62,637 nt of DNA from Octopus sinensis (GCF_006345805.1 NW_021832978.1:1-62637), one strand, 5' to 3'. Positions 12,136 through 25,027 are shown, counted from the first letter of the stretch. Made by a program: numbers and translations. Notes: generated by a model from the sequence alone, not told the origin.

Positions 12136-13349
12136 GGTGTGGTCGCCCACAGTGGACAGGTGTGGTCACCGTTTGTGAGGCACGCTTTCCCGCAGCTCGT
12201 CTCCATGACCGAACTGCAGTCGTGGATCAAAAAGAGGCCGAGGAAGGGCGAATGGCACCGCGAGTGTCGTGTTGCTCTCAAGCAACTCTGCCGTCTCGGG
12301 TCGACCTTGAGTGACTCAAACACGACCCAAGCATTCTATAGGGGATTAGTGGAGGGGAGGAACGACGACGAGCTCGGGGCGAACTTGGACGTCGAAGAGG
12401 AATACCTGACCCGCCTGTCCAGGACGACTTTCAGGCCAGGGCCCATGGACAACTTCCAGAGATCCCTGGCCCGGCAGTGCTACCGAGAAGCGCTACCCGT
12501 TCAGGATAAGCTCTACAGACACGGCTCGAGAAACACGGGGCCGACCTGCCCGAGATGCGGTCAGAGCGACGAAACCGTTCTGCACGCACTCGTGCAGTGT
12601 CCAACAATTTCCGACCTGTGGGCTTATGTCGAACAACTGCTGTTACGTGTGGGACGAGTTGGTTTATCAGCTGAGTCTATTGTCAATATTGTCACGCCTC
12701 CTTCCTTCAAACGAGAAGGAAGAGCTATTTTCATCATCCTTGTGACTATGGCGAAAGAATGTATCTGGTGGACGCGTCTGAAAGGATTGGAGAGAAACAC
12801 TTTCCTCTCTGGTCAATCTCTCATCAACTTCTTCAAGTATCACTTGAAGAGGAAAGTGAGAGTAGAGAGGCAAGTTTTGTCTAGCGAATGTTTTAAAAAA
12901 AGATGGGTGAATGTAGAAAGGATGGCACGTATGAATGACGAAGCCACCTTGAGCATAATCCTATGAACCCAGAAATTGAAAACAGAGGATTACCCACTTG
13001 CAAACAAATGTGGTAACATATAACAATATTGACCGAGGTTACCGTTGTCTTTTTCCTAGGCTTTTCTTCCCACGGATAAACCTTATCTGCCTACCCCTTT
13101 ACACCGTACATCATGACACTGTGATACACGATCCCTATTGATCGTTTATGTTCCTCTTCCTCTTTTTCTTCTTCTTTCTTTTTTCTTTTCTTTTGTTTCT
13201 TTTCCCTTTTTTTCTTTTTTTCTTTTCTCCCTTTTACGATCCCATTTGATCGAAAACCTACGCCACTTTTTTTTTCATCCCCCAAAAGAAAAGCTCTGCC
13301 TTGTAATTTGTCCCATCTGTGTGCAGCCCTGTGTGGCTAATAAAGAAAC
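12136..13349 (+). mobile_element. 5'-truncated L1/Tx1-like non-LTR retrotransposon (ORF2 C-terminus + 3'UTR)
   Basis: Uninterrupted ORF to 12966 with a zf-RVT-like CCHC motif LPVQDKLYRHG...TCPRCGQSDETVLHALVQCP. The 3'UTR has AATAAA at 13339-13344. Confidence 0.85.
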
Positions 13350-13355
13350 TTATCT

Positions 13356-13439
<84 letters not shown>

Positions 13440-13440
13440 C
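13350..13440. repeat. (TATC)n microsatellite, right flank of LINE
   Basis: Seen directly. Confidence 0.97.
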
Positions 13441-13564
13441 ATATCTATTGATGTCGATCTCTCTCCGTCTCAGTCACTCTCTCTCCCTCTCCCCCCCTCT
13501 CTCTCTCTCTTTTCTCCCTTATTATATATATGTCGCTATATAACTCCGGCTTAATTGTTTATTG

Positions 13565-13787
13565 CTCACAAGGGGCTAAACATAGAGGGGACAAACAAGG
13601 ACAGACAAACGGATTAAGTCGATTTACATCGACCCCAGTGCGTAACTAGTACTTAATTTATCGACCCCGAAAGGATGAAAGGCAAAGTCGACCTCGCTGG
13701 AATTTGAACTCACAACATAAAGGCGGACGAAATGCCACAAAACATTTGGTCCGGCGTGCTAACGTTTCTGCCAGCTCGCCGCCTTCT
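13565..13787 (-). mobile_element. tRNA-derived SINE (aaggcggcgagctggcagaa head family)
   Basis: Minus strand reads gcgagctggcagaaacgttagcacgccgg...gagttcaaattcc; homologous copy at 45025-45230. Confidence 0.8.
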
Positions 13788-14199
13788 TATTGATTCTCTT
13801 ACCTCACACACTGTTTTCCTCACATCCGCTTTCTCCTCTCTCTCTCTCTCTCTCTCTTTCCTACCCACTCTCCCTCTCTCTCACCATCTCGTTACACATT
13901 CATTTCAATCTCTCCACCTCCCTTGCTACATCACTTACCTTATCCTCTCCCTCACTTGCCGCAACTCTGTCTCATACTCACACCCTCTCTTTCTCTGTTA
14001 CCCCCATGCATTAACCTATCACACCCCGTCCTCTCCCTTTTCCCACTCCCCCCACCGCATTAGACATTACCCTTTCCCTCTTCCTTTAATTTTATTTCTC
14101 AGACGCTTCTGTCCTTCTAATAAATTATATTTTCAGATTTGCCTTAAAATTGTTTTCTTGTTTACGTTGATTACTAACTAATTAATTATTTAACTAATT

Positions 14200-15657
14200 T
14201 AATGAAAATAGTTCAGTCATTGAAGGACAATTTAAGAAACCTTTATTAAAAGAATTGTCTTATAGAGGACTTCACATCATGCTAGAAATAACTGTCAAGT
14301 GCTCAGAAATGTGTGTTCTTTTTCATAGAGAACTGAAAGGTCTTAAAGAATCATAAATCTGCCCCCGTCAAAGTGGTCAGTATTGATGCTGAAAACACAA
14401 ACCAAGGGACTTTAAATTCCCTTTGTTTATCCTTTTTTATGTATGTAAGTGAAGGATAACTTCAGAAAACTTTATGAAGCAATCTGACCCCTATATTGTC
14501 TCGCATCATTCAAGAAAGACCAACGATGCTTCGTATTGTTCTACAGGTGGTCCGGTATCTGCTAGAAATAATAGCTCTTGTATCATTTCATGCACGACTG
14601 AAGGATACTTTAAAAAGCATCTGGAGAAATATTGTCCATCTGGTGGTCTTACGTGATGCTAGAAATAACAGCCACGTACGCTAAAATTTTGTATTGTTTT
14701 CCTATAAGAAATAAGGACACTTAAAAAACCCTCTACACACACACACATATCCTTCGCTGTGCTTCTCCAATTCTTTCACTCCCTCTCTCAACCGATACAC
14801 TCCCTCTCCCATCGTTGTCTCAGAGGAGACCTCCCTCACTCTCTCTCTCTCTCCCTCTTTACCACCTCATATATCATAATATCCCTCTACTTCTTTTGCT
14901 TTCTCGCCCACGTCAATCCCTCCCCCCTCAATTTCCAAACCTCTCTGTCGCCATCTCTCTCTCTCTCCCCCCACCTCATTATATGACTACGCCTTCTTTG
15001 CTTTTATCTCTTACCTCATACTTTCCCTCTTTTGCTAAGCTTATATATCCCTCTTTACTCCCTTTCTATCTCTCTCTCTATCAATCTCTCTCTCTCTATC
15101 ACTCTCTCCCTCTCTATCAGTCTCTCTCTCTCTCTCTCTCTCTGTCGCTTTGTCTGTCTCATTATTTGCCTCTCTCTTCTCACTCTCTTTTCTTACTCTC
15201 TCTCTCTCTCTCTATCTTCCAACCCCTGTCACTGTCACTCCCCCCTCTCTCTCTCTCTTACCTCATTATATATTAACTCTCCGCCTATTTTCTCCTTGTC
15301 TCTCAACTCCTACTCTCCCTCTCTATCAATTATGTTTTGTTCTAATCCTCTCTCTCTCTCTCTCTCCTTCTTACTCTCCATCTTTCTCCCTCTCATTCCG
15401 TCTCTCTCTTTTTCTCCCACTCACTCTCCCTCCTCCTCTCTTCAAAGAACGAAAGAATCACTTCGACTTCTTTATTTACTTCTTTCTTTTCCTTTCTTTT
15501 CTTTCTTATTTCTTTTCTTTCTTATTTCTTTCTTCCTTCTTTCTTTCCTGCTTTCTTTCTTTTCCTTTCTTTCTCTCTTTCCTTCTTCTTTCCTCTTTCT
15601 TTCTTCTTTCTTCTATCTTTCTTTCTTTCTTCTTTATTTCTTCTTTCCTTACTTCCT

Positions 15658-15709
<52 letters not shown>

Positions 15710-16656
15710 TCCTTCTTGTTTCTTTATCTTTTTGAGCCTTTGTTTCTTTTTTCTTCCTTTACATATTTCTTTCTTTCCCTGTTTTCTTGTTCTTTCTTTC
15801 TTTCTTTCTTTCCTTTTTCTTTTTATCCTTCTTTCTTTCTCACCTTTTTCCTTTCCTTCTTTTCATCTTTCTTTCTTTCTATTTGTCTCTAGCCTTGTTT
15901 CCTTCTTTCATTCTTCTTCTATCTACTATATTATCTTTCTCTCTCTCATTCTCTCTCTCTTTCTTCTCTCCTTTCTTTCTTTCTATTTGTCTCTAGCCAT
16001 GTTTCCTTCTTTATTCATTCTTTCTCTCTTATATCTTAATTCTCTCTCGCTCTTTCTCTCTTTTTTTCTTTCTTTCTTTCTTTATTTGTCTCTAGCCTTG
16101 TTTCTTTTCATTCATTCTTTCTAACTTACCATCTTCAATTCTCTCTCTATCTCTCTCTCTCTTTCTTTCATCTTCTATTTGTCTCTAGCCTCGTTCCTCT
16201 TTCATTCATTCTTCTCTATTACTATCTTCTATTCTCTCTCTAGCTCTTTCTCATTTTTTCTTTATTTCTTTCTTTCTATTTGTCTAGCCTTGTTTCATTC
16301 TTCATTCATTCTTTCTTTCTATCTCAATTATTCTCTTCATTCCTCTCTCTTTATTCTCTCTTCTTCTTTCTATTTGTCTCTAGCCTTGTTTCCTTCTTTC
16401 ATTCATTCTTTCTCTCTTACTATCTTCTATTATCTTTATCTCTCTCTCTCTTTCTTTCTCTCTTTCTTTCTTTCTATTTGTCTCTAGCCTTGTTTCCTTC
16501 TTTCATTCATTCTTTGTCTCTTACTATCTTCTATTCTCTCTCTCTTTCTCTCTTTCTCTCTTTCTTTCTTTCTTTCTTTCTTTCTATTTGTTCCTAACCT
16601 TGTTTCCTTCTTTCATTCATTCTTTGTCTCTTACTATCTTCTATTCTCTCTCTCTT

Positions 16657-16689
<33 letters not shown>

Positions 16690-17230
16690 CTATTTGTCTC
16701 TAGCCTTGTTTCCTTCTTTCATTCATTCATTCTCTCTTACTATCTTCTATTCTCTCTCTCTCCTTCCCCTCTTTCTCTCTCTCATTCTCATCTCGTTCTT
16801 TATTACAGAATCACTTCACGTTTTTTTCTTTCTTTCCATCTTTCTTCCTCACTTTCTTGTTCTGTTTCTTTTTCTTCCTTCGTTTCATTATTCCTTCCTT
16901 CCATCTTTTCTTTCTTTCTTTTTCCCTCCCATCCTTCCCTTCTTTCTTCTTTTCTCTCTTGATTTCCTTCTTTCTCGTTGTCTCTTCCTCCCTCTCTCCT
17001 TTCACTTTCTCTTTTGTCATCTCTGTAACCCCATCTCTCAATCCTTCCTGTCTCTCTCTCTTCTCTCTCTCCTTCAAACCCATCTCTTTGTCTCCCTCTT
17101 CTTCTCTCTCTTTAACTCTGACCCTTCCTCTATCTGACTGTCTGTCTGTCTACCTGTGTGTCTCTCTCCTTTTCTTTGCTTCTCTCTCTCTCTCTCTCAC
17201 CTCATTATTGATTACTCTACCATTCTGCCT
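14200..17230 (+). repeat. Modular element: ctagaaataacagcc blocks followed by ~2.5 kb of pyrimidine-rich (CT/CTTT) sequence
   Basis: Collinear with the reverse complement of 21560-24700 in several non-microsatellite anchors. Confidence 0.7.
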
Positions 17231-17239
17231 CTCTTCCCA

Positions 17240-19060
17240 TTTACAAGTCTGAAACCTATTTAGGGGTAATTTGGGGTCACTAAGTTTTAAAATTGCAATA
17301 TTTTTCTTTTCTATCACATCACGTGATTTTTCCCTACGGACTGGTCCATATTAACCGACCCATAGCTCCATCTTTCAGAAATTTCTCGATGTGTTTTTGG
17401 TATAGTAGCTTAGCAGTAAGAATCTCAGAGTCAGTTGAGCATTCAGTGAGTGAGGTTGTGACGCTCTGTTGGCCTCGTATACATACATGTATAGAAGTGT
17501 GTTTCCTAATATCTCTGTGCTTCAACGCTCGGTCGTCTCATTCTGCTTTGTTAATCTCTTCTTATTATGAACAAATGTACAAAAGACATCATCGTTAAAC
17601 ATTTCTGTTGAATATTTATTTTATCCAAGTATTTCGACATCTATTTAGACAAACCTAGATACATAAATATGCTCTTTGTTATTATCTCTCTTTTCACATT
17701 TATCTCCTGAAATAATGCAGAGGTTCAGTCGCATGGTGTCATTGCGAAGGAAATGCTTGAAATTCCCTGACACCTGTGGGTGTTTTACAGTATCAAGTCC
17801 AAGAATGAACATTGCTCAATTGACTTACCTGAAGATTAAGTTGGCAATCGGTATAAATCATGGGTCCCGCTCAATATATGTAAACCCGCTGCCGAAAAAT
17901 CTATGACAATCGACAAAGGACTCAAACAAACAACTAACTTTTGGCATTCCTATGGCATGGTGAGAACCGAAGAACCATATTAAAGATTGCTACTTTTGTC
18001 TCACAAATTCTTCTGGTTATAGCAAGAGATTGCGACAGAACAAATCTGGATTCATCAAATCGTCCAATGTTTCACCCAGAACCCAGTTTCAAGGATCTAC
18101 CGTCATTGCAAGATAAAACTGGTATATGTGAAGTAGATGTAAAACATGAAGATGACAGTGATACAGACTTTGTAGTAACATCGACCAAAGAACGTGAAAA
18201 CCAGGCAGAACTCAAGTATTTCGTTAGAGACCTAGGACTGTCACAAGAGTTATCGGAACTTATCTTCTAGGCTTAAAGAGAAGAATGTGTTGCAGAAACG
18301 TGACTTTTTATCAGAACAAAGAAAAAGTCCTCTTAGCATTCATTACAACTGAAAATTATTTTGTTTACTGTTGTGACGTGGCGGGACAGTTAAATGCGAT
18401 GGGTGGTGGATACTATGACCGTAGTGAGTTTATAGATAGCTGAAAGAAGTGTCTAAAATGTTTGTTAGTCCATAATTGAAACTTGTTTGCTGCGCTTCCT
18501 ATTGGTCACTCTGTGAACTTAAAAGAGAATTATGATCACATAAAAGTTGAATTAGATTTACCCAAATCTGATGAACACAAATGGGTCATATGTGTGGATC
18601 TAAAAATGCTCAACTTTTTACTTGGTCAACAAAGAGTTTACACAAAACATCCGTCTTTCCTGGGTTTATGCGATAACCAAACGAGAGACAATCATAGGGA
18701 GCCGGAAACTCTGGCAAGTAAGGAAAAGTTTGACTTCTGGAGAGAAGAATATCATACACGAAACACTTGTTGAGCGAGAGAAAATCATCTTCTCAACCCT
18801 TAATTTAAACTAGGACTAATGAAGTAATATATCGAAGCTCTTAATGTGGAGAGTAGCTGTTTCAAATTCATATGTTTAGCATTTCCTGTGTTATGATAAA
18901 ATAATGGATGGTGTTTTTTGATGGGTCACAAATCCGAAAGTTAATGAAATGCCAGACATTCTCGTGCTCGATGACTGACGTAGAAAAAAGAGCATGGGAT
19001 TCATTTGTGGCTGTTGTGAAAGGATTTGTAGCGAGTGAAAAGGCTGAGAACTACAATAAG
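17240..19060 (+). mobile_element. Decayed Chapaev3-like (CMC superfamily) DNA transposon
   Basis: Frameshifted translation: FGIPMAW*EPKNHIKDCYFC; PIGHSVNLKENY..WVICVDLKMLNFLLGQQ; GEKNIIHETLVEREKII; FDGSQIRKLMK..EKRAWDSFVAVVKGF. These motifs are characteristic of Chapaev3-type transposases. Confidence 0.75.
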
Positions 19061-19079
19061 GATTCATTATTTATTTGTC

Positions 19080-19232
19080 CTCATTTTGTTTGTTGTTCTC
19101 ATTCCTAAGGTATTTTTCGATGTTATTATTATTATTAAGGTCATTGCCTGGATTCGAACTCGGAATCTTGGGGTTATTATCCCGCATTCTTAACGACTAC
19201 GCCTGTGGGCAATTATGGAGTGAATTTTATGG
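19080..19232 (-). repeat. tRNA-like/Pol III module with (TAA)n, directly 3' of the Penelope-like ORF
   Basis: ttcactccataattgc.cac.ggc + gtcgttaag + gagttcgaatcc; inverted copy at 20179-20350. Confidence 0.7.
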
Positions 19233-20178
19233 GTTATAAACCTAATATTTCCCTATCCTTCCTTAATACCGGTTCCCATATGCTGCTCATATCTGCACTC
19301 GGTCTGCTTAGGAGGATGTTGTGTCTTTGCATATGTGCTGCTTCTTTTAGTTTTCCTATTTTCCAGTGGTGTTCTCTGTCTATTATTTTAACTTCATCCC
19401 ACCCGGATGAGGTGGTCTCCATTTTTCCATACATGATCACCTATACCCGTTTTATCAATATCTCCTCGTGTCACAGCTTTGCGATGTGCGTCTACCCTTG
19501 TTTAGAGGGGGTGGCATGTTTCGTCTTTGTATAACCTACGATAGCTGCATGGGATGGAGTACACGCAGTCTTTGGTCATATTCTCTTCTATTGGTGGTTT
19601 TACTCGAAGGAAATATTTGCGAAGTGTTGTATTACTCTTGAATGCTGTCCTGATGTCCTATGGGCCGCATATCTTTTGTATCTTTTCGGAGAAGCCTTTC
19701 ACATAGGGTAGACAGACTGTGGACAGTTTATTGGTTTCATCCTCTCTTTTCTTCATAATTAGAGTGGATTGTATATTTTGGGGTAGTTGTTACTTAATAG
19801 ATTGTTACTTAGCTTGATCATTTCTTCGTTGTGGGTATCACAATCGCTACTTATATTCTTTGCTCGAAGTTTTAGGCACTGAGCAATCCCTCTCTTTACA
19901 CTGTATGGATTGTAGGAATTGAAGTTGACGTATCGACCGGTGAAGGTCGGCTTGTAGTATACGGATGTCCTGAATCCATACTTGGTGCATGTTATTAATA
20001 CGTCCAGGAATGCCAGCTGATTGTATTTCTCCTTTTCCATTGTGAACTGTATGGATGGCTTTATTGAGTTCACATGATATAACAGCACTTGAGCATATTC
20101 CTGGTGGGGCCAGACTATAAACGTGTCATCAACATATCGCAGCCATAGGGTTGGTTTTAGTGGTGTTGATCCTAAGAT
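19232..20178 (-). mobile_element. 5'-truncated Penelope-like element (RT C-terminal half + GIY-YIG), decayed
   Basis: WLRYVDDTF, FLDVLI, YYKPTFTGRY, CLPYVKGFSEKIQKI, CVYSIPC (GIY-YIG) and WKIGKLKEAAHM. Confidence 0.9.
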
Positions 20179-20275
20179 TCACTCCATAATTGCACACGGG
20201 CATATGACGCAGTGGTTAAGAGCGCGGGCTACTAACCCCAAGATTCCGAGTTCGATTTTCGATTCCAGACAGGGA

Positions 20276-20316
<41 letters not shown>

Positions 20317-20350
20317 TAATAATAATAATAATAAAACATGGAAAATATGT
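20179..20350 (+). repeat. Inverted copy of the 19080-19232 tRNA-like module with (AAT)n
   Basis: attcactccataattgcacacgggcatatgacgcagtggttaagagc..ccaagattccgagttcga. Confidence 0.7.
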
Positions 20351-20771
20351 AGTACTCCTTGGAGTAGTCCGTCCGCTTTGGTCCTCCCGTGAATCTCACC
20401 TCTCACCTGTGGTTCATCAATGCTATCTGCATGCAACAGTATCCACACCAAGGCTCATGGCTTCCACAGGCTGGCTAAACCATGGAAAAGGTAGCAAACG
20501 GCCTTTAACCATTGGTGGACTAGGGCTAGTCTACCTAAGGATGTGAACCGGTTGAGTGTGCTGAGGAAACCACTAGACAGGCTCGACGGACCGGCAAACT
20601 TTGTGGAGGGCCAACTGCAACCTGTCTGTAGTTTTCTTGACTTCATCCTTCCACTGGAATCACAGAGGAAGGGACGAGAGAGTGAGTCAGATGCTATTGT
20701 GCAACCTTCCCTCACTTTAATCCATGTCACGCTCAATTCAAGATATCACACCATCCCAGGGTCAAGTAAGA

Positions 20772-21011
20772 ATGGGTTGGTGCATAATTATTTGCAGCTA
20801 TTTTTCAACAAATATTATTCGACAAAAACAATAAAAATATTTATCAAAAACATCTTTACATGATCGTCTATCAAGCGAATGGGAAGTAGTTATTGAAGTA
20901 GATGGTGAATGTGCTCCGGAATAATCATTTAAAGATGTTTTGTTACATGTTATTGTTTTTGTTGAATAAACTTTGTTGAAAAAGCCGCAATGATTATGCA
21001 CCAACCCAATA
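20772..21011 (+). mobile_element. Mariner-derived MITE, second copy
   Basis: TIRs gggttggtgcataattat / atgattatgcaccaaccc; interior encodes DRLSSEWEVVIEVDGECAPE*. Confidence 0.85.
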
Positions 21012-21014
21012 TAT

Positions 21015-21082
<68 letters not shown>

Positions 21083-21559
21083 GCACACACACACAAGTCG
21101 GACGGCGGATGGAACAACGGTTTGCCTATTGATGAGAGAATCGGATGTGAGGACATCTGGATGGAACTCCGCTTCAGAGAGCATCGTGCGGTGTGTGGAG
21201 GGAGAGAAAGGGACGGAGCGACGGCGAGTGATGCCTATTATTAAAAAGAGTGAGAATAATATAAAATAGTGTTTATAACACATTATCGATAAAGATCGAA
21301 CATTGATCAATGGAATTAGTACAGATTGCGACTCCACGTCGCTGATTCGTATTTTATTTCGCTTTTTCACATTTCCAATTCTTTTCTTTTCCTTTCACTC
21401 TGCCTGCAATCGCCACACAGGTTGCATGGTCGCTGGAGTGAAGTGGCTTAGAGGTTAGGGGTATTCGGCTTAGATTTGGGGGGATATATTAATATATGCT
21501 GAGGTGGGAGAGAGAGGATTTTCTAAGTTCCCTTAATTTTTATATGAGTGACAACACAT

Positions 21560-24500
21560 AACTTTGATATACTTGGCTGTTATTTCTAGCATCACGTAGG
21601 ATCACCAATTGGATAATATTCCTCCGGATGTTTCTTGAAGTCTCCTTCAATCTTTCATGAAAAACAATGCAGAATATAGTGTACTGAACTGTTATTTCTA
21701 CCATCTTACCCAACCACCTGTAGGACAATATGTTTGATAGACACTTCGTCAAGTGTCCTGCTTTTATAAATAAAAACTTTAGAAATTTCAAGGTGTTTGC
21801 TTGCTGTTTCGCGAATGATGCGAGACAATAGAGAGGTGAGATTCTTTTATAAAAGTCGAAATGGTTTTGGGAGGGAAACAATGAGATTAAGGGAAAGAAA
21901 GAGAGTGAGAGAGAGAGAGAGAGAGAGTAAAAAGAAGGAAAGAATGAAAGAGAGTGAGAGAGAGAGAGAGAAAGGAAGAAAAAAGAAAAAAAGAAGGAAT
22001 GAAAGAAAAGAGCAAGGAAGGAATAAAGTAACATGATTCTGTAATAATGCACGAAATGAGAGCGGAAAAAAAGAAGGAAAAAGAAAGAAAGAAGGAAGGA
22101 AGGAGGAAGGAAGGAAGGAAGGAAGGAAAAGAAGGGAAGGAATAAGGGGAAATAATGGAATGAAGGAAATAAGAAAGAAGTAAAAAGAAGGAAGGAAAGA
22201 AGCAGAGGAGGAGAGAATGGCAGAAGGAAAGAAAGAAAGAGAAGAAAGGAAAAGAAAGAAAGAAAGAAAGAAAGAAAGAAGGAAAAAAAAGGAAAGAAAG
22301 AAAGAAAGAAGAGAGAAAGAAAGGAAGAAAGGGAGGAAAGTAAGAAAGAAAGGGAAACAGAAAAGAAAGAGGTTAGAAGAAAAAAGGGAAGATAGAAAGA
22401 ATGAAGGGAAAAAAAAAAGAAAAAAAGAAAAAAGAAAGAAAGAAGGAAAAAAGAAGGAATGAAAGTGAGAAGGATAAGAGGAGGGTGAGAGGGAGAGAGA
22501 GAAAAAAAGGAGACAAGGAAGGAAACGAAGCAAATGGACAGAAAAAAGAAAGGAAGAAAAATGAAAGAGGTGAAGAAGGAAAGATGAGAGGAAGAAAGAA
22601 AAAAAGAATGAAGGGTAAGAAGAAGGAAATGAAAAACAGAAAGTAAACAAAGAAATAAGGAAAGTAAAAGAAGGAAAGAAAGAATGAATGAGAGAATGAG
22701 AGAAATGAAGGGAAAAAGAAAGAAAGAAAGAAGAAATGAGGAAGAAAGAAGAAAGAAAGAGAAAGAAAGAAAAAAAAAAAAGGAAAAAAAAAAAGAAAAA
22801 AAAAAAAAAAGAAAGGAAAAGGAAAGAAAGAAAGAAAATAAGAGTGAAAGAAAGAAAGAAAGGAGGAAAGAAAGAAAGACAGAAAGAATGAAAGAAAACA
22901 GAAAGAAAGAAAGAAAGAAAGGAAGATAGAAAGAATGAGAGAGAGAGAGAGGAAGGCGACGTAATTCTGTAAAAAATGATGAGGAGAAAGAGGGAGAGGG
23001 AAAGAGAGAGGGGGGGAGGAGGAGGGATTAGAGAAATAAATGTTAAGAAGAGAGGAGGAGTATGAGATGAGAGAGAAAGAGTAAAAAGGCGGAGCATTAA
23101 TATATAATAAGGTGATAGAGAGAGGGAGAGGGAGAGAGAAGGAGAAAGAGAGAGACAGACAAACAGAGACACGGAGACAGAGAGATAGACATAAGAAGCG
23201 AGAGGGAGAAAGAGAGAGACTGAAATAGAGAAATCAAGAGAGCAAAGAGAGAGAAAGACAGACATAGAGAAAGAGAGGGAGAGGGAAAGGGAGGAGAAAG
23301 GGAGGGAAAGAATGAGGTAAGAGAATGAGAGAATATTATGTAAGGAGGTGGAGGGAGAGAGATAATGATACATAGGTTTAGAAAGAGAGGGAGAGTGTGA
23401 CGTGGGCGGAGCGCAAAAGAGGTAGAGGGAGAGTATGAGATATGAGGTGGTAAAGAGGGAGGGAGAGAGAGACAAAAAGTGAGGGAGGGGGAAGGAAACA
23501 GAGATGATGTATGAGATATATGCTTTGTGAGGGAGGGAGAGTAAGAGTTGAGAGAAAACGAGGGATGAGGGAGGCGGGGTTAAACAATAACATAAATAAG
23601 TGACAGAGGGGGAGGGAGAGGAGTAGAGAAGGAGAGGGAATGATGTGTGTGATAAGAGAGGGAGTCTATCATGTATTAGAGAAAGGAAGAGGGGAAGGAT
23701 GAGGTATTAATACAGAATGAGGAAGGAGAGAGAAGAGTTTCGAAGTGTCCTTCATTTTCATATGAAACACAAAACCAAACTTTAACATACTTGGCTGTTA
23801 TTTCTAGCATCACATTTGATCCCCAACTGGACTATATTTCTCCAGAAGCTTCTTAAAGTGTCCTTCATGATAACAATGTAAAGTATAGCGTAATGGGCTG
23901 TTATTTCTAGCAAGATAACATACCACCAATACGTTTTATAGACGCTTATTCACTTGGTTTCTCTTTCGAGGAAGAAGTCTGACCAGATCCGGGAAAAAAG
24001 TTTTATAAATGCTTCTTAAATTGTCTTTCAATTTCGTATGAAAAACAAAGGAACTTTGAGTGTAGTGGGCTGTCATTTCTAGCAAGATACCAGACCACCA
24101 ATACGTTTCATAGACGGTTCTTCACTTGGTTTCTCTTTCGAGGAAGAAGTTTGACCAGGTCCGGGAAAAAGTTTTATAAATGCTTCTTAAATTGTCTTTC
24201 AATTTCGTATGAAAAACAAAGCAACTTTGAGTGTAGTGGGCTGTTATTTCTAGCAAGATACCAGACCACCAATACGTTTTATAGACGCTTCTTCACTTGG
24301 TTTCTCATTCGAGGAAGAACTCTGACCAGATCCTGGAAAAAGTTTTATAAATGCTTCTTAAATTGTCTTTCAATTTCGTATGAAAAACAAAGCAACTTTG
24401 AGTGTAGTGGGCTGTTATTTCTAGCATGATGACAGACAACCAATACGTTTTATAGACGCTTCTTCACTTGGTTTCTCATTCGAGGAAGAAGTCTGACCAG

Positions 24501-24700
24501 ATCCGGGAAAAAGTTTTATAAATGCTTCTTAAATTGTTTTTCAATTTCGTATGAAAAACAAAGCAACTTTGAGTGTAGTGGGCTGTTATTTCTAGCATGA
24601 TGTCAAACCAGGTGTAGGAGGATTCTTTGAATAAATGCTTCTTAAATTGTTCATCACTGTCTCGGCTATTTAAGTTGCTCAATAAGAACTACACAGTAAT
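21560..24700 (-). repeat. Inverted relative of the 14200-17230 modular element (purine-rich on + strand)
   Basis: Anchors such as ctctttaccacctcatat, gcccacgtca, ttattacagaatca and gtgatgctagaaataacagcc are shared in inverted order. Confidence 0.7.
23895..24600. repeat. 171-bp tandem repeat, ~4 copies
   Basis: gggctgt(t/c)atttctagc at 23895, 24067, 24238, 24409 and 24580. Confidence 0.95.
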
Positions 24701-24879
24701 TATGTAATTAATGGTTAGTTAAATAATTAGCTTCTGGTCAAATAATTAGCGAGAGAGAAATTTGAAGGTAAATCTGAAAATATAATTATTTGTAAGAAAG
24801 TAAGGTTTCTTAGGGATAAAGGGAGAGGAAGAGGGAGGGGTAAGATATAAGGAGGTGGGAGAGATAGAGAGAGAAAGAA

Positions 24880-24989
24880 AGAAGAAAGAGTGAGAGAGAG
24901 AAACCCTAGGGGAGGGGAGGGATATATTAATGTATGAGGAAGCAAGAGAAAGATGAGAGAGTGGGAGAGAGAGAGAGAGACAGAATGTG

Positions 24990-25027
<38 letters not shown>

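Noticed and set aside
21847-23475. 542-aa S/F/L-rich ORF, plus the similar 286- and 324-aa ORFs at 15032-16124
   Set aside because: Artefacts of CT/GA low-complexity DNA that lacks stop codons on one strand; no domain signal.
23895-24600. Alpha-satellite/centromere because the unit is 171 bp
   Set aside because: The length match is coincidental: only four copies, derived from a local repeat block, with no recognisable alpha-satellite similarity.
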